Source of the DNA: a virus
Taxonomy: Duplodnaviria; Caudoviricetes
Virus record (IMG/VR): IMGVR_UViG_3300001335_000125
Span: 9,891 to 73,890 of that record
Direction: 5' to 3' (one strand)
DNA: 64,000 bases
Shown: positions 1 to 9,956 of the stretch, in pieces
Layout: each line of letters begins with the position of its first letter
How positions within the stretch are numbered: the first letter of the stretch is position 1
Program-made: the position numbers and the translations under genes
The notes under the pieces: generated by a model
Databases searched by the model: none
What the model was told of the DNA's origin: nothing
The model's input: the letters and a program-made list of their open reading frames with translations, nothing else

Positions 1-50
1 CAAGACATGGACACTGACAAAATGATCTATGTTGAATAAAGAGGATAGAG

Positions 51-305
51 ATGACAACCGTTCTAGAGAAATTAAAAGAGTTGAAAGAAGAGTACGATGA
101 GAGGATGGAGAAAATAGATAAGATTCTAGAAAATGCAGAAAAGGCAACTAATAGTATGGACAAAGCTATGAAACAAATGGAGAGTTCATTTATCGTATTA
201 AAAGCTAAGATAGAGAAATTGGATAGAGACTACGAATCTATGAAAGCATCTATGACCGAGTTAAAGAATAATAGATGGTTGAAATTATTTGGGGTGGATT
301 TATGA
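51..305 (+). CDS. hypothetical coiled-coil protein
   Basis: 84-aa ORF, E/K/M-rich heptad-like pattern, GAGG upstream. Confidence 0.6.
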   Translation: MTTVLEKLKELKEEYDERMEKIDKILENAEKATNSMDKAMKQMESSFIVLKAKIEKLDRDYESMKASMTELKNNRWLKLFGVDL

Positions 306-520
306 ATGGATATACCAATATAAAAATACCAGTTGGGTTATACAATAGATATAAAGATATGATGATTAACACAGAATACAAAACTGTTGAAGACTATATG
401 TTATATGTTTTAAGAGAAGAGGTAGCGAAGTATAACATGGTTGAAGATGGTTATGAATTAACAGAAGATGAAGAAGAGGCTATTAAGGTAAGATTAAGAG
501 CACTTGGTTATTTGGATTAG
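302..520 (+). CDS. archaeal-type ribbon-helix-helix (CopG-like) protein
   Basis: N-terminal IKIPVGLY..YKTVEDYMLYVLRE and C-terminal EEAIKVRLRALGYLD, as in archaeal CopG-like proteins; ATG at 302 overlaps the upstream stop. Confidence 0.7.
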   Translation: MNGYTNIKIPVGLYNRYKDMMINTEYKTVEDYMLYVLREEVAKYNMVEDGYELTEDEEEAIKVRLRALGYLD

Positions 521-525
521 ATATT

Positions 526-843
526 ATGAAAACAATATTTGTATATGGCATCTTACAGAAACATCATAGTGCATTAGACTTTGGTATGACAGACGATATG
601 TATAGAGGAGAAGCAACAATATCATCTTTTAAAAGAGAAAGTCTTGTACATATTAGTAAGACAGAAATTCCCAATAGTAAGGTACATGGAGAACTATGGG
701 AAGTTCCGGATGATATTGAAGAACACATATATCAGTTTGAAGCACAGTTTGGATATGAAAGAGTAAGTCTAATAGTTGAGGATGCTAATGGAGAGTATGT
801 AAATGCAATCTTATATTTGGTGGATTGGAAAGATGAAACATAG
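526..843 (+). CDS. gamma-glutamylcyclotransferase (AIG2/GGCT-like) family protein
   Basis: IFVYGIL N-terminal motif, VHGELWEV, FEAQFGYER. Confidence 0.75.
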   Translation: MKTIFVYGILQKHHSALDFGMTDDMYRGEATISSFKRESLVHISKTEIPNSKVHGELWEVPDDIEEHIYQFEAQFGYERVSLIVEDANGEYVNAILYLVDWKDET

Positions 844-1429
844 AATATTTATATATGATTTATTGATGAGAGGTGGATGTCCTGAAGAAGGAGGTCTAAA
901 AGACAATGACTATATAGGAACAGGATGTTTATATGGATATAAACGAGAGGGAGTATATTGGATAATTAAAACAGATAATCCAACAGCAATGACAATTGGT
1001 GATATATATGAAGTGGATGATGAAACATATAACAAGGTATCATCTTATTATAGCAGATTTGGATATCATCCAATCACTGAAAACATACCAACTCTAAAAG
1101 ATTTAGATAAAGGAACTGATTGTGAATGTACATTATTTGTTAAGGAGGATAAGAAAATGATAAGTAAAAATGAAATGGCAATATTTGGAAGTAGTGACCC
1201 GTTTGAATGGCTAAAGGAAAGTTTTGATATATTGAATAGCGAGTTTAGGGATCTGTATACAAAGAACTCTGATATTATACACTTTAAGACAACTAATATA
1301 GAAGACTTTAAAGCAGAGATTGAACAGTATATGAAGGATAATCCTAATGCGAAGGTGTATGCATCCGGATTCATAATGTCAACAGAAAATCCAGAGAACA
1401 ATAAATCCTTTAAGATAAGGAAAGAATAA
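833..1429 (+). CDS. degenerate GGCT-like domain plus unknown C-terminal domain
   Basis: IFIYDLL..IGDIYEVDDETY resembles the upstream GGCT; probable ATG at 833. Confidence 0.5.
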   Translation: MKHRIFIYDLLMRGGCPEEGGLKDNDYIGTGCLYGYKREGVYWIIKTDNPTAMTIGDIYEVDDETYNKVSSYYSRFGYHPITENIPTLKDLDKGTDCECTLFVKEDKKMISKNEMAIFGSSDPFEWLKESFDILNSEFRDLYTKNSDIIHFKTTNIEDFKAEIEQYMKDNPNAKVYASGFIMSTENPENNKSFKIRKE

Positions 1430-1430
1430 G

Positions 1431-1661
1431 ATGGGTTTTTGGGATGACGAAGCAACATCCGATACAACATATTTAAGAGCAAGATATTATTGCGTTGTAT
1501 GTGAAAAGTTTTTTGAATTGTCACCTATTGCTCCATTAAGATGTCCTACTTGTTTTACTGATGCTAGGAATATTATAGGTCCTATACCTGCAAAGGAATA
1601 TGATTTAAATAAATTAATTCGAGAAAATAAAAGGAAATATGGACATGCACAAAGAAGATAA
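1431..1661 (+). CDS. small zinc-ribbon protein
   Basis: CVVC...CPTC pair. Confidence 0.55.
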   Translation: MGFWDDEATSDTTYLRARYYCVVCEKFFELSPIAPLRCPTCFTDARNIIGPIPAKEYDLNKLIRENKRKYGHAQRR

Positions 1662-1881
1662 TGTGGAGATATATGGTGAACAAGGATGTGCTAGATGTTT
1701 ACAAGTGAAGAAACTTATAGAAAAAAGAAATATACCCTATGAATACATAAAGATTGAAGATTTAGAATACCCTGACCATATAATAGATTTAATAACATTA
1801 AATAATAATGATTTATATCCTCTAATTATGTATAAGGGAGAAATTGTAAGTTTAAAAGATGTATTAAGTATGAGGAAATAA
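1639..1881 (+). CDS. glutaredoxin (NrdH-like)
   Basis: VEIYGEQGCARCLQVKKLIEKRNIPYEY with CxxC; directly upstream of the RNR. Confidence 0.8.
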   Translation: MDMHKEDNVEIYGEQGCARCLQVKKLIEKRNIPYEYIKIEDLEYPDHIIDLITLNNNDLYPLIMYKGEIVSLKDVLSMRK

Positions 1882-1882
1882 A

Positions 1883-4800
1883 ATGTATTTACCTGTTTCA
1901 TATGACCAAGAATTTGACGATTTATTTATGTATCTTAAAGGAAAATATCCCAAAAAATTATTTGACTTAGATGGGATCGGTGATCAACTAGATTTAAGTA
2001 AATTTAGTAAAGAGTTCTTTTCATCAAAAACAACTGCAGATATAAGTGTAGATGATAATGCAAATGTTGACGATATAAGTGTCATTGCATATGTAAAGGA
2101 ATTACCAAAGCCATTCTTTAGGATAAATAGTTACTATATGTTATGGAAAGAATTAAGAAGATTATATGGAAAGGGAATTGCTAATGATATTGTAGATATG
2201 CAATTAAGTGGAGACATATATATAAATGATTTTCATGGATTAGGTTCCGGAATTTCTTATTGTTTCAATTATTCTACATATGATATTATGATGGAAGGTC
2301 TTCCTATGATAAACAAGATAACATCCACTGCACCAAATCATTTGTACTCTTTCAAATCTCAGATAGAACAATTCACTATTATAGCAGCTAATAGCACTCT
2401 AGGAGCAACAGGATTAGCTGATTTGTTAATAATTATGTCATATTATGTAAAGAAAATATTAGATACAAAAGAGGATGCTCATTTTAAATTTAAGACTGAT
2501 GAAGATGCATGGACATATATAAAGGAGAACCTCGTATCTCTGATATATACTCTTAATCAACCAACAAGAGGTAATCAATGCTTAAGTGATGATACAAAAA
2601 TATTAACTGAAAATGGGTGGAAGTCATACAACGAAATAATGCTCGGAGATAATATATATACAATGAATCTAAATAACAATAGATTAGAGTCTAAGAAAGT
2701 ATTAAATATGTTCATTAAAGATTATGAAGGAGAAATGTATAATCTTAAAAATAGAATACAAGATCAACTGATCTCTCCTGAGCATAAGGTTGTTAGAAAA
2801 GTGTTTAATACTAAAGATAACTATGTACTAGAACCAATAGAAGATGTATATAAACTAAAATCTCCACAAATAATTCCTATAGGATGTGACAACGATGAAC
2901 CAGATTATGATATAACTGATAATGAATTAAGATTAGTTTCATGGATTGTATCAGAAGGATCTGTAAGTAAAGATTATAGACTTACAATAAGTCAATCAAA
3001 AATAGAGAATCCTAATTACTACTATGAAATTAAAGAATTATTAAACACTTTAAATTATACTTATTCAGAGTTAGTTGTGAAGACTGGACTAGGAAATGAT
3101 ACTAATATATTTAGATTAATAAAGTCTGATTCACTAAAAATAATTAAGGAATTATTTGACAATAAAGGGATTAAATTTATTCCTGATTGGATAGGAAAAC
3201 TATCACAAAGACAAGCAAGAATATTTTTAGATACATATTTACAAGCAGATGGAAATATATCATCAAATACCATTGTTACCACAGTTCCTGAAGTTTTAGA
3301 TAATCTTGAAATATTGTGTGTAAAGGCAGGATATGGGTTTTCATCAAAACCAAAAAATATTGAACATAACAAACTATCTAAAAAACCACAATATCAGATA
3401 AGAATATTAAAACATAGGGATACGTATATTCAGAAGATAGAAAAAGTAAATTATAATGGTAAGATATGGTGTCCAACAACAGTTAATGGAACTGTTATAG
3501 CTAAGAGAAATGGAAAGGTGTTTATTACTGGAAATAGTTGTTTTACTAATGTATCTATATATGATAATGCATTCTTAGATCATCTTATACCTGACTATCT
3601 TTTCCCGGATGGTAGTACCCCAGATAAAGATATCATTAAAAAATTACAAGAACTATTGTTAGTAGTTCTCAATGAAGAGTTAAAAAGAACACCAATAACT
3701 TTTCCTATCGTAACTGCTTGTTTCTCGATAGATAAGGAAAATAATATACAAGACGAGGAGTTTGCTAGATTTATAGCAAAATATAATAAAGAGTATGGGT
3801 TTATTAATATATATTGTGGAACGTCTAGTACTTTATCATCTTGTTGTTTTCATCCAGATACTCCAATACTTGCAAAATCATCAAATGGGGTTAAATGGAT
3901 GTCCTTTAAAGATTATCATGCCCTAAATTGGGAAAAAGATAAGAAGAATACAACTATATTTCATAACGGAAGTTGGTGTAAAGGCAACTCATTAAAATTA
4001 CCGTATGGTAGAAAGTTATATAATATACAGACTTCCAATAATAAAGAAATATTAGTGACAGATGATCATATTCATCCAACAATAGAAGGAGATAAGCCTA
4101 CTACAGAACTTACAGAGAATGATTATTTGTTATTTAATAGCCTACCACTAAATACATTTCCAGAAAAGGACATGAAATTAACTTATGAACAAGGATATCT
4201 TATAGGACTCTATTTAGGAGATGGTTCAAAATATAAGAATGTAAAATATGAGTCTTATACAAATACGCTCTCAATGGGATTAAATGACTATGATATTATT
4301 CCTATAGTGAGAAAAGCACTAGATGATTGGGGAATAACAACACAGATTCGTGCTAATGAAGTCGATTATAATGTTCTTTCTATACAAGTATGCTCTAAAG
4401 TTTTGTTTGATATAATAAATGAATGGGTATACGGAAACTATGCTCATACTAAAGAGCTTAACATGCAATGTATAATTCAATCACTAAAATTTAGAGAGGG
4501 AATATTAGATGGATGGTATAAATCGGATGGGGGAAACTCCAATAGGATATATACAACTTCAAAGAAACTATCAGAATGTGGAGAACTATTAATAACATCA
4601 ATAGGAAAACAATCCATAATTAATATAGAGGATAGAACCAATGAAAAAATTGTTATAAGAGGAGAAGTATATAACAGAAACTATCCAAGTATATGTGTAA
4701 GGTGGTATGATTCTAAGAATAAACGAAGTATGTCAGGAGTATATAAAGTTAAAAACAACTCGATATACTATAAAATTAAGTCAATAAAGAAACTAGATGA

Positions 4801-5782
4801 AATTCAAGATGAGGTGTATTGTTTTGAAATGAAAAATGAAGAGGAACCATACTTTACATTACCTAACGGAATAATTACTCATAACTGTAGGTTGAGATCT
4901 GATACAAATAATGAGTATTTCAACTCATTTGGTTCGGGTTCATCTAAGATAGGGTCCCTTGGAGTTGTTACTATTAATCTACCACGACTAGCAATTAAAT
5001 ATAAATATGATGAAGAGAAATTCTTTTCTAAATTAAGAGATATGGTTAAGGTATGTTCTCAAGTTAACAATGTTAAAAGAAAATTAGTTCAGAAGAGAAT
5101 AGATAATGGAAATCATCCATTATACTCTTTAGGATTCATTAGTCTTGGTACTCAGTACTCTACCGTTGGATTGAATGGTCTTAATGAAGCAGTTAATATA
5201 TTAGGATATGATTTACTGGATGAGAAAGGACAGTCTGTAGCAGTAAATATAATGAATACTATTAATGATGAGAATGATAAGTATCAAAAACAATACAACT
5301 CTCCTCATAATTGTGAGCAAGTTCCTGGAGAAAGTTTGTCTGTGAAATTAGCAGATAAGGATAAATTATTAAAATACCAAGATACATATGATATATACTC
5401 AAATCAATTTATACCTTTGACAACTAATTCAGACATGTTAGATAGAATATACCTACAGGGTAAATTTGATAAACATTTCTCTGGAGGATCTATCTGTCAT
5501 ATTAATGTAGAGAGTAAAGTAGATAATGAAGACTATATAGTAGAACTTATAAAATCTAGTGCAAAGATGGGAGTTATTTATTTTGCATTAAATTACAATC
5601 TACAAAGATGTGTTAATGGACATCTTACAGTTGGTACTAAAGATAAATGCTCTGTATGTAATGGAGATATAGTAGATAATTATACAAGAGTGGTCGGTTT
5701 CTTAACAAATACTAAGAATTGGAACAAAACTCGCAGAGAAGTAGATTATCCAAATAGAAAATGGTATAGTGAAGTGGAATAA
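1883..5782 (+). CDS. nrdD: anaerobic (class III) ribonucleoside-triphosphate reductase with two inteins; spliced product about 633 aa
   Basis: SC|CRL thiyl-radical loop, C-terminal Zn site (CVNGH..CSVC), glycyl-radical motif YTRVVGFL; followed by nrdG. Confidence 0.92.
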   Translation: MYLPVSYDQEFDDLFMYLKGKYPKKLFDLDGIGDQLDLSKFSKEFFSSKTTADISVDDNANVDDISVIAYVKELPKPFFRINSYYMLWKELRRLYGKGIANDIVDMQLSGDIYINDFHGLGSGISYCFNYSTYDIMMEGLPMINKITSTAPNHLYSFKSQIEQFTIIAANSTLGATGLADLLIIMSYYVKKILDTKEDAHFKFKTDEDAWTYIKENLVSLIYTLNQPTRGNQCLSDDTKILTENGWKSYNEIMLGDNIYTMNLNNNRLESKKVLNMFIKDYEGEMYNLKNRIQDQLISPEHKVVRKVFNTKDNYVLEPIEDVYKLKSPQIIPIGCDNDEPDYDITDNELRLVSWIVSEGSVSKDYRLTISQSKIENPNYYYEIKELLNTLNYTYSELVVKTGLGNDTNIFRLIKSDSLKIIKELFDNKGIKFIPDWIGKLSQRQARIFLDTYLQADGNISSNTIVTTVPEVLDNLEILCVKAGYGFSSKPKNIEHNKLSKKPQYQIRILKHRDTYIQKIEKVNYNGKIWCPTTVNGTVIAKRNGKVFITGNSCFTNVSIYDNAFLDHLIPDYLFPDGSTPDKDIIKKLQELLLVVLNEELKRTPITFPIVTACFSIDKENNIQDEEFARFIAKYNKEYGFINIYCGTSSTLSSCCFHPDTPILAKSSNGVKWMSFKDYHALNWEKDKKNTTIFHNGSWCKGNSLKLPYGRKLYNIQTSNNKEILVTDDHIHPTIEGDKPTTELTENDYLLFNSLPLNTFPEKDMKLTYEQGYLIGLYLGDGSKYKNVKYESYTNTLSMGLNDYDIIPIVRKALDDWGITTQIRANEVDYNVLSIQVCSKVLFDIINEWVYGNYAHTKELNMQCIIQSLKFREGILDGWYKSDGGNSNRIYTTSKKLSECGELLITSIGKQSIINIEDRTNEKIVIRGEVYNRNYPSICVRWYDSKNKRSMSGVYKVKNNSIYYKIKSIKKLDEIQDEVYCFEMKNEEEPYFTLPNGIITHNCRLRSDTNNEYFNSFGSGSSKIGSLGVVTINLPRLAIKYKYDEEKFFSKLRDMVKVCSQVNNVKRKLVQKRIDNGNHPLYSLGFISLGTQYSTVGLNGLNEAVNILGYDLLDEKGQSVAVNIMNTINDENDKYQKQYNSPHNCEQVPGESLSVKLADKDKLLKYQDTYDIYSNQFIPLTTNSDMLDRIYLQGKFDKHFSGGSICHINVESKVDNEDYIVELIKSSAKMGVIYFALNYNLQRCVNGHLTVGTKDKCSVCNGDIVDNYTRVVGFLTNTKNWNKTRREVDYPNRKWYSEVE
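2579..3535 (+). mobile_element. intein NrdD-1 (319 aa) with LAGLIDADG endonuclease
   Basis: starts CLSDDTKILT, ends NGKVFITGN followed by Ser; WIVSEGS and YLQADG blocks. Confidence 0.9.
3845..4885 (+). mobile_element. intein NrdD-2 (347 aa) with LAGLIDADG endonuclease
   Basis: starts CFHPDTPIL, ends NGIITHN followed by Cys; IGLYLGDG and GWYKSDG blocks. Confidence 0.92.
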
Positions 5783-6243
5783 TGATAAGAATAGCTTCAA
5801 CACAATATTCTATTAATACCCAGTCATTTGAATTATATTTTTCTGGGTGTAAAGCAAATCCACACTGTGAAGATTGCCATAATCCAGAGCTATGGAGTTT
5901 TAATGTTGGGAAGGAATATACTCCAGAATTAAGGAACCGTCTTTTGAGAAAGATAAATGGATTTAATACCCTTATAGATAATATAAGTTTATTGGGTGGA
6001 GATCCAATGGATCAAGATTTAGACGAACTTATATCTCTTATAGATGATTTTGAGAGTTGTAAAAAGAAAGTATGGTTATTTACTAGATTCGAATTAGATG
6101 AAATACCAGATAAAATAAAATCTAAGGTAGATTTTATAAAGACAGGAAGATATCTACCCAGAGATAAATCAAATCATGTTGAATATGGAGTTGTATTAGC
6201 ATCAGCTAATCAGCATGTCTATAAACGAGGTAAAGACTTTTGA
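5782..6243 (+). CDS. nrdG: anaerobic RNR activating enzyme (radical SAM)
   Basis: FSGCKANPHCEDCHNPELW, LLGGDP, SANQ; TAATG overlap with nrdD. Confidence 0.88.
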   Translation: MIRIASTQYSINTQSFELYFSGCKANPHCEDCHNPELWSFNVGKEYTPELRNRLLRKINGFNTLIDNISLLGGDPMDQDLDELISLIDDFESCKKKVWLFTRFELDEIPDKIKSKVDFIKTGRYLPRDKSNHVEYGVVLASANQHVYKRGKDF

Positions 6244-6497
6244 CCAAACAAAAGATAGTAGAAGAAGAGATAACCGAAGAAGAAATAGACGAAGAAAATG
6301 AAGAAGAAGAAGAGGAAGATGAATATGAAGAAGTATCTGGATGTCCAAGACAAGTACATCTTGTTAATGGAATGAATCAAGTGATGCTATCTTCCCATGA
6401 TCCAACAGAAACAATGGACTTTCTTTCAGATAGAGCAATAACACTTCTTACTATGATGCGAGAAGAGCTAAAACTTATGGATGATGGATGTGAATAA
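6240..6497 (+). CDS. highly acidic hypothetical protein
   Basis: EEEITEEEIDEENEEEEEEDEYEE tract; overlaps the nrdG stop. Confidence 0.6.
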   Translation: MTKQKIVEEEITEEEIDEENEEEEEEDEYEEVSGCPRQVHLVNGMNQVMLSSHDPTETMDFLSDRAITLLTMMREELKLMDDGCE

Positions 6498-6499
6498 TA

Positions 6500-6700
6500 A
6501 TGTGGAAATATATAGAAGGAGCTACTAAGTCTGATATTATAGATGAATTGAATAAGATAGAAAAGACTCACAACATCTTAGACTATTCATTTGCTATAGA
6601 TAGATTTAGAATAGCTATTCTTCTACGTATTGAAGAAAAAAGATTGGAGGAATCAATAAATGAACTCAATGGAGAAAGCACTGTTAATATTGAAAGCTAA
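6500..6700 (+). CDS. hypothetical protein
   Basis: tightly packed operonic ORF. Confidence 0.5.
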   Translation: MWKYIEGATKSDIIDELNKIEKTHNILDYSFAIDRFRIAILLRIEEKRLEESINELNGESTVNIES

Positions 6701-6872
6701 ATTCTCAGATGATGAAGACCTTAAAAACCAAATCGATGCTATTATACAATTAAAGAGACCAGAGATATTGTTAAATAATGCTGAACAAAGTAAATTCCAT
6801 GAATACGCAACGGACTGGTATAATAGAGGATGGATTATCTATAATAAAGTATCGGAAGGAACAGAGGAATAA
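6660..6872 (+). CDS. hypothetical protein
   Basis: tightly packed operonic ORF with GGAGG upstream. Confidence 0.55.
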   Translation: MNSMEKALLILKAKFSDDEDLKNQIDAIIQLKRPEILLNNAEQSKFHEYATDWYNRGWIIYNKVSEGTEE

Positions 6873-6874
6873 AT

Positions 6875-7096
6875 ATGGCTAATGGAGGACAGACACTATC
6901 AGCAATCCTTAGAGACTCCCCAAAGAAAAAAGAGAAAAAGGTATTAGAGATAGATGAGGAGAAAGCTAGATTAATACACAATGACCTAGAGAAACTATGG
7001 AATGAAATAGTGAATTCAGATGATACAAAGAAACTCTATGGGAAATATATGTCTATTATAGAACGGTTTAAAGAGGATATTCTCAATGACCGATGA
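6875..7096 (+). CDS. hypothetical protein
   Basis: tightly packed operonic ORF with GAGG upstream. Confidence 0.55.
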   Translation: MANGGQTLSAILRDSPKKKEKKVLEIDEEKARLIHNDLEKLWNEIVNSDDTKKLYGKYMSIIERFKEDILNDR

Positions 7097-7466
7097 TATA
7101 GATGATATCTTTGATATGATGGATAGGGTGTTTGGGAGAACACCCAGACATTCTTATACACGACAAAAGCACATTAGTCCTGATAACTATGAAAGATTGA
7201 TGGATGATGACAATCTTTATTATACATTTGAATTAAGACAGTTTGATAAGGATGATGTTGGAGTAGAATATATAAAGAGCAAATCATCTATGGATACCCA
7301 CGGAACTATTAAGATTGTATTGAATGATGATACATATTCTCCAATGAATCTTAGATTACCGTATCCAATAGAAGATGATAAGATGAAAGTAACATTTAGA
7401 AATGGTATATTAGATATAATGTGTCCGTTAGATAAAGAGAGTATGAAAAAGTTAGAAATAGATTAG
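7086..7466 (+). CDS. small heat-shock protein (Hsp20/alpha-crystallin family)
   Basis: DDIFDMMDRVFG N-terminus; LRLPYPIE..KVTFRNGILDI; C-terminal KKLEID (IxI-like). Confidence 0.75.
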   Translation: MTDDIDDIFDMMDRVFGRTPRHSYTRQKHISPDNYERLMDDDNLYYTFELRQFDKDDVGVEYIKSKSSMDTHGTIKIVLNDDTYSPMNLRLPYPIEDDKMKVTFRNGILDIMCPLDKESMKKLEID

Positions 7467-7475
7467 GAGTATAAT

Positions 7476-8165
7476 ATGGATTGGGTTATTCTAGCAGCAG
7501 GAGAAGGAATGAGGTTACGACCCCTAACATACAACAAACCAAAATGTATGATAAAATTAAATGGTAAGAGTATTATTCATCATAATATTGATATCATTCT
7601 ATCCATGGATAAGAATGCTAGAATAATTATTGTCTCTGGATATAAATCGGATGTGTTGTATAAACACTGTAGGGGATATCCAGGAAAAAAGATATATAAA
7701 CAACAAGCAATACGAAATGGTACTTCTAATGCTATCTATATAGCAAAGGACATAGTAGATGATAGATTCATGGTTGTTTCTGGGGATACATGGATAAATA
7801 AAGATGATATGAAATTGTTGATGAAACATCCAAATAGTTTATTGTATTTTGAAAGAGAAGATAAATTAAACCAGTTCGGTACTATTGAGATGAAGAAAAA
7901 TAAAATATTAAGAATTAATGAGAAAGAAACGAATCCAATATCTAATAAGGTAAATACAGGATTATATCATTTTACAAGAGACATCTTTAAAGCAATAGAA
8001 CGAACTGAGATTGATAAGAGATTTAATGAGAAGATAATAACAAATAGTATTAATAGATATATTAAAGATGGAGGTGTGTTCTATGGATACCCTGCCAAAG
8101 ATATGTTAGAGGTTACAGATCCGAAAGATGTAGATGAAGTTGAGAGGATATTAGATGGTAGATAA
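7476..8165 (+). CDS. sugar-1-phosphate nucleotidyltransferase
   Basis: VILAAGEGMRLRPLTYNKPKCM, GTSNA, VVSGD, VNTGLYHF. Confidence 0.9.
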   Translation: MDWVILAAGEGMRLRPLTYNKPKCMIKLNGKSIIHHNIDIILSMDKNARIIIVSGYKSDVLYKHCRGYPGKKIYKQQAIRNGTSNAIYIAKDIVDDRFMVVSGDTWINKDDMKLLMKHPNSLLYFEREDKLNQFGTIEMKKNKILRINEKETNPISNKVNTGLYHFTRDIFKAIERTEIDKRFNEKIITNSINRYIKDGGVFYGYPAKDMLEVTDPKDVDEVERILDGR

Positions 8166-9069
8166 AAAAACAATTATAATCACTGGAGTATCAGGATTTA
8201 TAGGTAGACACCTATGTAAAAGATTACATAACGAGTATAATATTATAGGATATGATAAAGTTTCTCCACACAAAGACTTTATTAAATATATCGATAGATT
8301 CATCTTAAAAGATATTACAGATGAATTATTGCATCATCAGGATGTCTATGCAGTTATACATCTAGCAGCAAAAGCAGGAGTAAGAGAAAGTCAAACCCAA
8401 TATGAGCAATATGTTAAGGATAATATATTAGGTACTAAAAATGTATTAGATGCATGTGTACAGTGGTGGAAACCAAAAAAGATACTATTGGCATCGTCCT
8501 CTTCAGTATATGGAGATAGGAAAACACCAGGAAGAGAAACGGATATTCCTAATCCAAAATCTCTATATGCTGCATCAAAGTTAGCAATGGAAGATATATC
8601 TAAAGTATATAAGAATACTGGGATGATTAAAGATGATGTATGTAATATGAGAATATTCACTGTATATGGACCACATCAGAGAGAATCATTAGCAATACAT
8701 AAGTTTATAGATGCGGCATTAAAGGATGAGGAAATTACAGTATACGGTACTGGGGAGCAGAGTAGAGACTTTACCTTCATAGAAGACCTGTGTTTTACCA
8801 TAGAGCTGTTGTTGAGAAAACAACATCTACCAGATAAACTCAATGTTGGGTTTGGTAGTACAATAACAGTTAATGAGATACTGGATATCATATCATCTGA
8901 GTTAAATAAGAATCTAAAAATAAAGTATGAACCAATGAATATGTTTGATGTTATGACTACCAAATCAGATACTAGATTATTTAATAGGGTATTACCTGGA
9001 CACAAGCCAGAATTTAGTATACGACAAGGTATTATAAAACAGATAGAAGAAAGGAAGAAACATCTATGA
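8155..9069 (+). CDS. NAD-dependent nucleotide-sugar epimerase/dehydratase (extended SDR)
   Basis: ITGVSGFIG, HLAAKAGV, SSSSVYG, YAASK, FTVYGP. Confidence 0.92.
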   Translation: MVDKKTIIITGVSGFIGRHLCKRLHNEYNIIGYDKVSPHKDFIKYIDRFILKDITDELLHHQDVYAVIHLAAKAGVRESQTQYEQYVKDNILGTKNVLDACVQWWKPKKILLASSSSVYGDRKTPGRETDIPNPKSLYAASKLAMEDISKVYKNTGMIKDDVCNMRIFTVYGPHQRESLAIHKFIDAALKDEEITVYGTGEQSRDFTFIEDLCFTIELLLRKQHLPDKLNVGFGSTITVNEILDIISSELNKNLKIKYEPMNMFDVMTTKSDTRLFNRVLPGHKPEFSIRQGIIKQIEERKKHL

Positions 9070-9956
9070 ATTATGACATAACAATATCATTTGATAAAGC
9101 ATCTTATTTAAATCCAGAGATTTATATGTTAATAGATTCCCTAAAGGACAATATATCAAATAACACAATTTTACATGTAGTCACAAATAGAAATAAAAAT
9201 GACCCAATAAGAAAATATATTAAAGAAAACATTCCTAGTAAATTCTATTTTAAATCTCCCCCTCAAACATTACAATCACGATGTAAGATGATTCTCAATG
9301 CATTTCAGATAAAGAGTGATAAGGACTGGATATTGAAAATAGATGTAGATAACCTTTCATTAAATAAACTAGACTTTGATTTAGATGAAGAAAAAGATAT
9401 ATACATACAACCAGAAAATAGAAGAATTATATTAGATGATAATGTAGAAGAAAGAATTTGGAGAATAATATATAAAAATCTTGGGGTTGAACTACCAAAA
9501 ACTCGTATACCGTCTATAGAAGGTAAAGAAATGATGATGCCCCTATACAACACAGGAACAATATTAATTAACAAAAAACTTATTAGTGTCATAAATAATG
9601 AGTGGATTCCAATGACAGAAATATGTGAAAGATGGATTCATATGGGAATACATCCAAATGAATTTGCAATGACTGCTCTAATGAAAAAACATAATATGAA
9701 TATTGGAATACTCCCAGAAATATATAATTGGAATCCTATTGCACATTTTAGAGATGGAGAATTTCCATCAACGAAATTAATAGCCCAAGCAAAAACTCCA
9801 GATAATATAAAATTATTACATTATCATAAACCTAAGTGGTTACAGCATCTAATGACATATAATGAAGAGATAAATACAATAGTTAGTAATAGTCAAGTTC
9901 ATATTCCAGATAAATGGTGGGATTTGAGTAACCAAACATTTCAGGAGAAACTATGA
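9066..9956 (+). CDS. glycosyltransferase, GT8-like (GT-A)
   Basis: KIDVD (DxD), YNTGTILIN, YNW, LLHY. Confidence 0.65.
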   Translation: MNYDITISFDKASYLNPEIYMLIDSLKDNISNNTILHVVTNRNKNDPIRKYIKENIPSKFYFKSPPQTLQSRCKMILNAFQIKSDKDWILKIDVDNLSLNKLDFDLDEEKDIYIQPENRRIILDDNVEERIWRIIYKNLGVELPKTRIPSIEGKEMMMPLYNTGTILINKKLISVINNEWIPMTEICERWIHMGIHPNEFAMTALMKKHNMNIGILPEIYNWNPIAHFRDGEFPSTKLIAQAKTPDNIKLLHYHKPKWLQHLMTYNEEINTIVSNSQVHIPDKWWDLSNQTFQEKL

